From Candidatus Alcium sp. F082 (GTDB lineage Bacteria > Bacteroidota > Bacteroidia > Bacteroidales > F082), in assembly GCA_001543395.1 (NCBI GenBank), contig LPNG01000001.1, positions 87,760 to 151,759 of the forward strand: a DNA stretch of 64,000 nucleotides. Reading direction: 5' to 3'. Every line of letters begins with the position of its first letter. Position 1 is the first letter of the stretch. Position numbers and translations under genes: made by a program. The notes under the pieces were generated by a model. It ran no database searches. It saw nothing but the letters and a program-made list of their open reading frames with translations, and was not told where the DNA came from. Below, in pieces: positions 51,216 through 59,303 of the stretch.

Positions 51216-52646
51216 ATGAAAAAACGCTGTCTACTCGTTTTGACGGCCTTGGCCGCCATGTTCCTCTTTGCCTCATGCGAGAAGGAACAGAAGATCTACG
51301 TCGTTTCGACCAACGACATGCATGCCAACATCGATAACTTCCCACAGCTGGCTGCCCTCGTCGACAGCCTGCGCACGGCACATCCCGACCTGCTGCTCTT
51401 CGGCGCGGGCGACAATCGCTCGGGCAACCCCATCAACGACCGCTACGCCGAGCCTGCCAAGCCCATGTATGAGCTGATGAACAAGGTCGGCTTCGACCTC
51501 TCCACCTTCGGCAACCACGAGTGGGACGGCGGCGTAATAGCTCTGCGTAACGTGCTCACCTGGGCACAGTTCCCCTTCGTCTGCGCCAACGTCACCTTCG
51601 ACGACAGCTTGCAGATGCCCAACTTCAAGCCTTACGAGATCTTTGAGCGCAATGGCTTGAAGATCGGTGTCATTGGTGGTATACAGCTGGGCGAGAACGG
51701 TCTGCCCGACTTCCATCCCAAAAACGCCGGCGGCTCGCACTTCCGCCCCCTCACCGAGGTGCTGCCCGAATATCTGCCCAAGCTCCGCGAGCAATGCGAC
51801 CTCGTCTTCCTCCTCTCCCACTGCGGCTACGAAGAAGACCGTGAGACGGCCGAACAATTTCCCGACCTCGACGCCATCTTCGGCGGCCACAGCCACACCC
51901 GTGTGAGCGAGACCCAACTCGTCAACGGCGTACTCGTCACCCAAGCCGAAGCCAAAGTCAAGTTCGTGACCCTCAGCACCTTCACCTTGAAGAAGGGCAA
52001 GGTCATTGACAAGCAGATGGAGCTGCTCTCCGTCAAGGAGTTCCCGAAACGCAACGAGGAGGTGCAGGCTATGGTTGACGAATACAACGACAACGATTAC
52101 TTCCGCACCGTGGTCACCACCAACACCACGCCTATCGACAACTACGAGTCGCTGGGCTGCCTGATGACCGACGCCATACGCTACACTACGGGCGCCGACA
52201 TGGGCTTCCAGAACCCTGGCGGCGTGCGCTACGACACCCTCTCGGCCCGTCCTGTGACCTTGAAGGACATCTTCGCCCTCGACCCCTTCGACAACGAGAT
52301 CATCGCCTACACCCTCAGCGGCGAGGAGGTCGTCAACATGATGGAATCATGCTTCACCAGCGACCATGGTCCCATCTACTGTTCGGGCTGCTCCTATAGT
52401 TTTAAGGTGAGCGACGAAGGCGAGATCACCGACTTCAAGGTGACCTTGGACAACGGCAAGCCCATTGACCCCAGCGCCAAATACAATGTGGTGATGAACA
52501 GCTACATGTCAAGCACCTTCGACTACGAGCACGAAGACGAGGGCCGCAGCACCTTCCGCAGCTCAAACGAGCTGATGCTGGAGTACCTGGCCAGCCATCC
52601 CGAAATTGATTACGGCACGACTCATAGAGTCACCGAAGTGGAATAA
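51216..52646 (+). CDS. Bifunctional metallophosphatase / 5'-nucleotidase lipoprotein (UshA-like)
   Basis: Lipobox LFASC; metallophosphoesterase motifs STNDMHAN, GAGDNRSGNP, GNHEWD and GGHSHT; C-terminal 5'-nucleotidase domain. Confidence 0.85.
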   Translation: MKKRCLLVLTALAAMFLFASCEKEQKIYVVSTNDMHANIDNFPQLAALVDSLRTAHPDLLLFGAGDNRSGNPINDRYAEPAKPMYELMNKVGFDLSTFGNHEWDGGVIALRNVLTWAQFPFVCANVTFDDSLQMPNFKPYEIFERNGLKIGVIGGIQLGENGLPDFHPKNAGGSHFRPLTEVLPEYLPKLREQCDLVFLLSHCGYEEDRETAEQFPDLDAIFGGHSHTRVSETQLVNGVLVTQAEAKVKFVTLSTFTLKKGKVIDKQMELLSVKEFPKRNEEVQAMVDEYNDNDYFRTVVTTNTTPIDNYESLGCLMTDAIRYTTGADMGFQNPGGVRYDTLSARPVTLKDIFALDPFDNEIIAYTLSGEEVVNMMESCFTSDHGPIYCSGCSYSFKVSDEGEITDFKVTLDNGKPIDPSAKYNVVMNSYMSSTFDYEHEDEGRSTFRSSNELMLEYLASHPEIDYGTTHRVTEVE

Positions 52647-52779
52647 GAGATTCCCCTGCGGGGAATGGAGTTAAGTCGTATGTATTATTGCGGCGGTTTG
52701 TGACGTTTACGATTTGTATGCGTTACTTGCCGCCGCAGTTTACATAATAACAGGTTTTCCATTCCCCGCAGGGGAATCT
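52647..52779. repeat. Nested-palindrome intergenic element (MITE/REP-like), copy 4 (most symmetric)
   Basis: gagattcccctgcggggaatggag ... gcggcgg-N39-ccgccgc ... ttccattccccgcaggggaatct. Confidence 0.8.
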
Positions 52780-52858
52780 AAAATATTTTGGCACGGTTTT
52801 GGTAGTGTGGTAAGGTGAACACAAAAACAGAAGTCAAACCCTCTAAAAAATCACAACT

Positions 52859-54001
52859 ATGAAAGCCAAGAACATCCTGATGACCCTCCTGTTAGTGACA
52901 GGAACCATCGCAGCAAAAGCAAGCGGTTTCCCGCCCGAACTCGCCTTGGTCTCACAGCCCGTGATGGTGTACAACTACAACTCGGTCACGGTCTACTACG
53001 ACGTCGAGAACATTGGCGACTACACCTATAGAGGTAACGTCTGCATCTACCTCGATCCTGACGACGGCTTCTCCTACGCCGAGAAATACGTGAAGGTCCG
53101 TCCCGGTCGCATCAAGAGAATCGCTGTCGAGATCCCTTCCTACAGCATCGACCGTCACTTCACCTACACGATCATGCCCTACTACACGATAGGCCGCGAG
53201 CTCTACAGCTTCACCACCTTCGAGTACTTCGAGCCCATCCGCTTCTGCTGGCATGGCACGCGCACTGAGCCCTGGGTGGTGATCCACATCGGACCACGTG
53301 TGCGCTACTACCACCGTCCGGGCACCTACCGCTACTACTACGACGGATTCCGCCCGCCGATGCCGCCTCACGGTCACCCCATGCCCCCGATGGACCCGAT
53401 CCACCACACCTACGGCTACCACCACAACAACGGCGGTTATCCTGCCACCCACAACTGGAGCAGTGAAGAGCCCAAGCCCAACAGCAGCAACAGCAGCGCC
53501 ACCGTCAGATCCAACAACAGCGGTTCTTCGACCGGCTCAGCCACCAGCGGCAGCATGAGCTCAGGCAACGCCAACACGGGCAACAACAGCGGTAGCGTCA
53601 GCAACGGCAACAAGCCCAACGCCCCCGCAGCTCCGCGCAACGACAGCGGTAGCGTCAGTCGCCCGAGCAACAGCCGCCCGAGCGCTGGCACCAGCAACAG
53701 CGGTCGCACTGGCAACAGCGGCTCTAGCCGAGTCAACAACAACTCGAACAGCAGCCGTCCCAGCAGTGGCACTAGCACCAGCGGTCGCACCGGCAACAGC
53801 AACGTGAACCGCTCAAGCAGCTCCACCAACCGCAGCGGCAACAGCGGTAGCAGCCGCGCCAGCAGCTCAAGCTCAAGCTCCCGTTCAAGCGGCACCTCGA
53901 CAAGCTCGACGACCCGCAGCAGCTCCTCCAACAGCAGAAGCTCAAGCGGCACCAGCAGCACCAACAGCCGCAGCGGCTCAGCAAACAGCGGACGCAGATA
54001 A
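52859..54001 (+). CDS. Secreted protein with His/Pro-rich linker and ~180-aa Ser/Asn/Gly/Arg low-complexity tail
   Basis: Signal peptide MKAKNILMTLLLVTGTIAAKA. A folded ~150-aa N-terminal region, then PPMPPHGHPMPPMDPIHHTYGYHHNNGG, then reiterated S-x-S-G-R-T-G-N-S / SSSSR units to the C-terminus. Confidence 0.65.
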   Translation: MKAKNILMTLLLVTGTIAAKASGFPPELALVSQPVMVYNYNSVTVYYDVENIGDYTYRGNVCIYLDPDDGFSYAEKYVKVRPGRIKRIAVEIPSYSIDRHFTYTIMPYYTIGRELYSFTTFEYFEPIRFCWHGTRTEPWVVIHIGPRVRYYHRPGTYRYYYDGFRPPMPPHGHPMPPMDPIHHTYGYHHNNGGYPATHNWSSEEPKPNSSNSSATVRSNNSGSSTGSATSGSMSSGNANTGNNSGSVSNGNKPNAPAAPRNDSGSVSRPSNSRPSAGTSNSGRTGNSGSSRVNNNSNSSRPSSGTSTSGRTGNSNVNRSSSSTNRSGNSGSSRASSSSSSSRSSGTSTSSTTRSSSSNSRSSSGTSSTNSRSGSANSGRR

Positions 54002-54022
54002 GACAGAAATATAATAAAAAAC

Positions 54023-54056
54023 GAGGACGGTCGGAAGGCCGTCCTCAATTGTTTTC
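54023..54056 (+). terminator. Rho-independent terminator
   Basis: GAGGACGG-TCGGAAGG-CCGTCCTC followed by AATTGTTTT. Confidence 0.65.
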
Positions 54057-54112
54057 CTACCTTTGTTCAAATCTTTAAGCCGTGAACATCATCAATTTTA
54101 TGGCGATAAGAT

Positions 54113-54586
54113 TTAATGCTTATAGAAGCGGAAGTTATAACCAACTGTAATCACCGGACCATAACCGATAACCTTGGCATTAGGTCCGAAATTGATTTGG
54201 AAGCCTGCACCGAAATCCAAGTCTTTATAGCTGGCTCCGCCGACAAGTGAATGTCTCCAAACGGGGTCTCTATTGTATCTAAACGCCCCCACATGATAGT
54301 CGATCAAAGCTGACCAGGGATTATTACCATGAGTATAAACACGGACACCGCCATGTACTGACCCTGCAAAACCAACAGAAACATCATTGCCAGTGGTGTT
54401 AAAGAGGAACAGAGCACCTGGGCCTACAGACACTTGAACGTATGGACTAATCTGATAGCCCACATTCGCAAAGAAACCACCATACAAATCGGGACGGACG
54501 AAGAAGCCTCTCCCACGAGTATAGTCTTGAGCCAAAGAAGGAATAGCCATCATAGCTATTGCCAGAACTAATAATAACTTTTTCAT
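54113..54586 (-). CDS. Small outer-membrane beta-barrel protein
   Basis: Signal peptide MKKLLLVLAIAMMAIPSLAQ, alternating-hydrophobic strands, and a C-terminal ...VGYNFRFYKH (aromatic near the terminus). Confidence 0.65.
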   Translation of the reverse strand: MKKLLLVLAIAMMAIPSLAQDYTRGRGFFVRPDLYGGFFANVGYQISPYVQVSVGPGALFLFNTTGNDVSVGFAGSVHGGVRVYTHGNNPWSALIDYHVGAFRYNRDPVWRHSLVGGASYKDLDFGAGFQINFGPNAKVIGYGPVITVGYNFRFYKH

Positions 54587-54630
54587 AAAAACAGGTTTTA
54601 AGGTTAATAAATTTATGGGTTTAAATAGGT

Positions 54631-55290
54631 TTACTTTTTATCAAGATAATCCACTACAGACTCCACCAAATTGTAGGCACCGTCGTAGACGTCCTTTAAC
54701 GTGGCGTCGAGCATGTAGGCGGGTGTGGTGAAGACCAACAGCTCGTTGTCGGCACAAACGTCGCCGTGTTCGGTCTGCACGTGGAAAGCACCCATTTTGC
54801 GGATGTTTTCGGCATCGGGCGTGCCTTCGTTGCCCAAGGTGACGCAAACACCGGGCAGTAGTTTGGCGAACATCACAGGGGCGATGCACATGCCACCGAG
54901 AGGCTTGCCAGCTTCACGCGTCTCGATGATGGCACGGGCCACATCGGGCTTTACTTCCATGTCGGCGCCTTTGTAGGCATAATCACAAAGATTCTTAGCC
55001 ACACCGTAGCCACCGCTGAAGAGCAGGCCATCGAAATCAGCGGCTTTGTAGTCTTCGATGGGAAGGATGCGGCTACGAGCCAGACGGGCCGCCTCGGTCA
55101 GGATGTTGCGCTCTTCTTTAACCTGCTTCTCGGTGAGGTGATCAACGACCTCGGTTTGCGGGCGGTTGGGCGCAAAACACTGGTATTCACAATAGTGTTG
55201 CTCGATGGAGAGCAAAAGGGTAATGGCTTCGTTGATTTCACTGCCATCCTTACGGCCACAGCCGGCGAGTATTACTGCAAATTTTTTCAT
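54631..55290 (-). CDS. elbB: Isoprenoid-biosynthesis glyoxalase ElbB (DJ-1/PfpI superfamily)
   Basis: Start at the ATG at 55290. MKKFAVILAGCGRKDGSEINEAITLLLSI...CFAPN closely follows the ElbB N-terminal signature. Cys in GGMCIAP. Confidence 0.85.
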   Translation of the reverse strand: MKKFAVILAGCGRKDGSEINEAITLLLSIEQHYCEYQCFAPNRPQTEVVDHLTEKQVKEERNILTEAARLARSRILPIEDYKAADFDGLLFSGGYGVAKNLCDYAYKGADMEVKPDVARAIIETREAGKPLGGMCIAPVMFAKLLPGVCVTLGNEGTPDAENIRKMGAFHVQTEHGDVCADNELLVFTTPAYMLDATLKDVYDGAYNLVESVVDYLDKK

Positions 55291-55313
55291 GATGTTTCGT
55301 TTTGAATTTGAAG

Positions 55314-55321
55314 CAAAGGTA
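55314..55321 (-). promoter_or_regulatory. Candidate -7 box TACCTTTG
   Basis: 24 nt upstream of the ATG at 55290. Confidence 0.45.
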
Positions 55322-55449
55322 CAAAAATCCCCTGAAATTGCCAAAATCGCCAGAAAGAATTATCAAAAATACCCATTCAACTCTGCGGAAAGTGCTATTA
55401 TTTGATAGATTCCGCAGCGTTGGAAGCATGTTTTTCTGACAACAAAACA

Positions 55450-55480
55450 CAAAAAAAGGGCACCCTACCAGAGATGCCCT
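55450..55480 (-). terminator. Rho-independent terminator for the 734-aa gene
   Basis: Minus-sense AGGGCA-TCTCTGGTAGGG-TGCCCT followed by TTTTTTTGTG. Confidence 0.55.
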
Positions 55481-55505
55481 TTCTCCATTCATAATTGAAA
55501 AAGCT

Positions 55506-57710
55506 TTACTCTTTTACGATTTTCCCTTGCAGCAAGCCGTCCTCGGTGCTGATGCTGTAGAAATAGATGCCAGCCTTCCAGGCGCTGCCGTCTATGCCAA
55601 ACTCTTTTGTATCGGCACACTTTTCGGTCTTGCAGTATACCTGTTCGCCAAGGACGTTGTAGACTTGGATAATGGCAGTGCCATTCACGGCTTGGGCGGC
55701 GGTGATTTTCACTTCTCCGCTGAAGGGGTTGGGGTAAACCACGTGGAGCAAGCCATGATTTTCACTTATTGAAGTTTGGTCATCCACATAAAACAAGTTG
55801 TAAAGCTCTTGCGTCTGGCTGTTGCCTGCCATGTCGCTAAGGACAAACTTAACGGTAACCCATTGGTTGAGCACCTCGCCCACCAACTGTGACAATGGAA
55901 TCTCATAAAAATTACCATAGTTGATGTGGAACATTTCTAGTTTTTCTTCATATTCAAGTGGCTGATATTCTGCGCCTTCCGTTTTGTAGAAAACCTCTAC
56001 AATAGCCTCATCATCATATACCATGTTCCAATACAAATCGAGGTCGACATGATAATCACCGCCAGCAAAATTAATTCTTGAGTGTTCCAAATCGCTAACG
56101 GTGATGACTTCTTCATTGTTGGCATCCATCACTTGCAACAAATTGAGCGTAGGCGGCAAAGCATCATTCCGATTCATATCAAACTCAATGTGAGTGATGT
56201 TGGTCTTAGCAACCCCGTCCACTACCAGATTGTCATTCACTATATCGTAAGCCACGGCACCCGCATCCGCAAAATACATAAAAGTCCTGTTGGCCAAATA
56301 CAGGCTGTCCTCAAAATAGGTCTCGCCATTGTACGTGATTTTAAGGGTGCGGTCTTCATCCTTCATTCTTTGAACACCACCTTCACCCAAATATCCACAC
56401 AAGCCTCCAAAGAATGCGGCTCCCCAAGGGCTGGTTTCTGCATTGTAATTAACAGGTTGGTAGTATAACATTGGTGTTCTGTAACCAAAAACAAGAGTTT
56501 TGGTGGGTTCGTAAACGTACATGGCAGGCGTGCAGGGCACAAAATCAGGGTAAAATGCGGGACTCAAGCCAGTTTTAAAAAACATATCATAAGGTTCTCG
56601 TATCATTTTCCCTTCTGAATTCAACGCCATTCCAAACGGTGTCAGCATATCACAAAAGTTTTGTTCGTAAGTAAATTCATGATAGGGATCAAATGACTCG
56701 TATACCATAGGAATAACCATGAATTTCATGTTAGAACCTCCGTCCACTATAGGTTCATCGTTATTGGTTATATTGGTCACAACTCTTAATGGTTCCTTGG
56801 GATTGTATATGCAATCGTATTGCCAACTCTTAACGGAACCCCAGGATCCAAGTCGCGGACCGAAGTGATTATAAGCACTGTTGAAATATGCACTGTCAGG
56901 GTTATTGACATTATAGTATTCTTCATGCACCAACAAATCGTCGGGGAGATTACTGAGTGTAAGGTCGCCCGTTATTCCTTCGGTTATGGTAGGCAACTGG
57001 ATACAATATATTCCCTGATCTGTCGTGTTAAACTTTATGGTATTATACACGGTAATTCTGCTACCAAAAGTGTTGAAATAAAAAGGGACATATAAATCCA
57101 ACGTACTTGTATAAAAGCTACTAGTAAGATGCCAAGAGCCATGACTCATCACAAATTCCGTAAAGATATCAAGTTTTCCGCCAACATCAGGCAGTGATAA
57201 CGGTAATTCTTCTATAGGTGTCCCGTTTTCATCAGTCAGGTCAAAAGAAATACGATTTGTCGCCTCACTGAAAGAAGGTGTAAATTCCGTATCTCCTGAT
57301 ACCTCAAATTGGTCGTAAGCAAGAATACGACCATCATTTTCGCCATTTCCAAGAATTACAATGTCATAAAAGCCTTCCGACACTTCTCTTTGGAAAATGG
57401 TGTCATCGTCATACCAGCCATAATCCTCAAAACCGTCATCATTGTTGATGATGATTATATCCCATACGCCATCTGGTGCAATGGTCAGTGTGTAAACGGC
57501 TTTGTCTTTGGTAAGGACAAGGTTTCGTTCGGGATTTGAAAAGGAAATGATTTGGTGATCATTTACCTTTTTTACTGTTTGGTTGTCAGATACTTGCATT
57601 TCAGACACAAAAGTCTTGTTGTCGGTTAATGTGCAACGGTCCTGTGCCTTCACGCTCGCAATGCCTACTAACAAGGCCGCTGCGAGAAACATAGAATACA
57701 GTTTTTTCAT
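55506..57710 (-). CDS. T9SS-sorted surface protein, 734 aa
   Basis: Signal peptide MKKLYSMFLAAALLVGIASVKAQ. C-terminal VVYPNPFSGEVKITAAQ...GIYFYSISTEDGLLQGKIVKE. Confidence 0.75.
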   Translation of the reverse strand: MKKLYSMFLAAALLVGIASVKAQDRCTLTDNKTFVSEMQVSDNQTVKKVNDHQIISFSNPERNLVLTKDKAVYTLTIAPDGVWDIIIINNDDGFEDYGWYDDDTIFQREVSEGFYDIVILGNGENDGRILAYDQFEVSGDTEFTPSFSEATNRISFDLTDENGTPIEELPLSLPDVGGKLDIFTEFVMSHGSWHLTSSFYTSTLDLYVPFYFNTFGSRITVYNTIKFNTTDQGIYCIQLPTITEGITGDLTLSNLPDDLLVHEEYYNVNNPDSAYFNSAYNHFGPRLGSWGSVKSWQYDCIYNPKEPLRVVTNITNNDEPIVDGGSNMKFMVIPMVYESFDPYHEFTYEQNFCDMLTPFGMALNSEGKMIREPYDMFFKTGLSPAFYPDFVPCTPAMYVYEPTKTLVFGYRTPMLYYQPVNYNAETSPWGAAFFGGLCGYLGEGGVQRMKDEDRTLKITYNGETYFEDSLYLANRTFMYFADAGAVAYDIVNDNLVVDGVAKTNITHIEFDMNRNDALPPTLNLLQVMDANNEEVITVSDLEHSRINFAGGDYHVDLDLYWNMVYDDEAIVEVFYKTEGAEYQPLEYEEKLEMFHINYGNFYEIPLSQLVGEVLNQWVTVKFVLSDMAGNSQTQELYNLFYVDDQTSISENHGLLHVVYPNPFSGEVKITAAQAVNGTAIIQVYNVLGEQVYCKTEKCADTKEFGIDGSAWKAGIYFYSISTEDGLLQGKIVKE

Positions 57711-57757
57711 TTTTTTGAGTTTTAGATTAAATAATGGTTAGCGTTCAAAATCTTTGG

Positions 57758-57765
57758 CAAAACTA
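57758..57765 (-). promoter_or_regulatory. Candidate -7 box TAGTTTTG
   Basis: 48 nt upstream of the ATG at 57710. Confidence 0.35.
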
Positions 57766-57948
57766 TCTTAATCCAAAATGATGTCAAGTATTTCATCCTA
57801 TACAAAACGGGAACATGTCCCATTATGCAGGGGGACAAAAGGGGGACAATGTTTTATTATGAAGATTTTCAGTGTTTTAAAACATCGTCAGAAAACACGG
57901 ATGCTGAGTCTTCGCACCGTCTAACGTATGGATGATATACTTTCCGAA

Positions 57949-59121
57949 TCAATAATTCAGTCCAAACATCCAAAGGGGAACAACTCCCGGAGTGGCATAT
58001 TCAATATCATCTTTTACCACAAAACTATCAGGCACTTCTGCAATCTGACGGCGTCCTTTTTTGTGGCCTCCCACTTCAAAGGTATGGCCATCAACCAAAA
58101 AGTCAGACACTTCGGAGGCGGTCACCGTGTGGCACACCCTCATTTGGTTAAAGAAAAAGGTCTCCCGTAAGTTGCCCGTGTCGGGCTGTGTGCCATTGAG
58201 GGCATACATCAGGTTGGTGTTGTCCAAATAGATTTTCTCCACTTTCGCCAAGCGTGTCATGCCAAAGGCTGGCAACTGTAAGCTTTGTATCATACCCGAC
58301 TTTTCCATGTAAAACAGATAGTCCTTGAGGTCGCTGCGAGCCACGGAAATGTCACGGGCAAGGTCGCTGTAATTGGGCTTGAAAGGCGAAATCTGCGAGA
58401 TGATTTGCATCAATTGCTTCAATTTGTGCATCACACCAACGCTGAGGCCCGCAAATTGGGGTATGTCGGTTTCAAGTGTCTGCTCAACTACTGCGCTCAA
58501 TCGTTCAAGGTAGTCTTCTTCACAGCAAAACGGGAAATAACCAGTTTTAAGATACTCTTTGAACAAAGGCAACGGTCGGTGCTCGGCATACGGAAAAGAT
58601 ACTTTTGTCGAAAGTATTTCGTCAAGCGTAAGTTTTGGCACCACAATGCTTTTTGTCATCTGTAGCCATTCGCGGAACGACATTCCGTGCATATAGTTTT
58701 TCAACTGTCGGCGCGATAGGTCGGCACCGCCTTTCTCCAAGTCGAGAATCGACGATCCTGTATAAACAATTTGCAAGTCGGGAATTTGGTCGTAGATGTT
58801 CTTTATCTCAGTCGACCAATGTTTGTATTTGTGTACTTCGTCAATATAAAGATGCTTGCCACCATTCTTGTAGAATGTGTCGGCCATGTCAAGCAAGGTA
58901 TGCTTTGAGAAATAGATGTCGTCGGCAAACACTACGAGAGAAGTGTCGCGTTCGTCGCTGAGCAAAATGTGTTGGAACATCAAAGTGGTTTTTCCGACGC
59001 CCCTTGCACCAAGGATGGCATTGAGCCGTGCTTCCCAACAAATTTCATCATGAAGATAGCGGACAAAGTCGGTTTTTGTCCTGTCCAATTGCGCTTGATA
59101 GCGTTGCAATAACCTTTCCAT
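57949..59121 (-). CDS. AAA-family ATPase of the AAA_14 + DUF4143 type (second copy in window)
   Basis: Walker A ILGARGVGKTTL and Walker B HLYIDEVH. Same architecture as 18903..20252. Confidence 0.8.
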   Translation of the reverse strand: MERLLQRYQAQLDRTKTDFVRYLHDEICWEARLNAILGARGVGKTTLMFQHILLSDERDTSLVVFADDIYFSKHTLLDMADTFYKNGGKHLYIDEVHKYKHWSTEIKNIYDQIPDLQIVYTGSSILDLEKGGADLSRRQLKNYMHGMSFREWLQMTKSIVVPKLTLDEILSTKVSFPYAEHRPLPLFKEYLKTGYFPFCCEEDYLERLSAVVEQTLETDIPQFAGLSVGVMHKLKQLMQIISQISPFKPNYSDLARDISVARSDLKDYLFYMEKSGMIQSLQLPAFGMTRLAKVEKIYLDNTNLMYALNGTQPDTGNLRETFFFNQMRVCHTVTASEVSDFLVDGHTFEVGGHKKGRRQIAEVPDSFVVKDDIEYATPGVVPLWMFGLNY

Positions 59122-59148
59122 AGCGTCTTTGTTTTATCATTTCGGCTG

Positions 59149-59156
59149 CAAAGATA
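59149..59156 (-). promoter_or_regulatory. Candidate -7 box TATCTTTG
   Basis: 28 nt upstream of the ATG at 59121. Confidence 0.45.
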
Positions 59157-59303
59157 CAAATTTGTAAGTAATAAGAATCAATTTTGGAAATAAATTGTAA
59201 CTAAAAAGAATCAATTTTAGTAAAAATTCGACTCTATTTTATATCAATTTTGACAAAATTGGAGTCAAAAATCATATAATGAAAGACAAAAAAACTTTGA
59301 TTA

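Noticed and set aside
53437-54048. 203-aa Leu-rich minus-strand ORF and other ORFs overlapping 52952..53984
   Set aside because: These are shadow frames of the AGC/AAC-rich repeat DNA encoding the Ser-rich tail. The plus-strand ORF has a signal peptide and a terminator.
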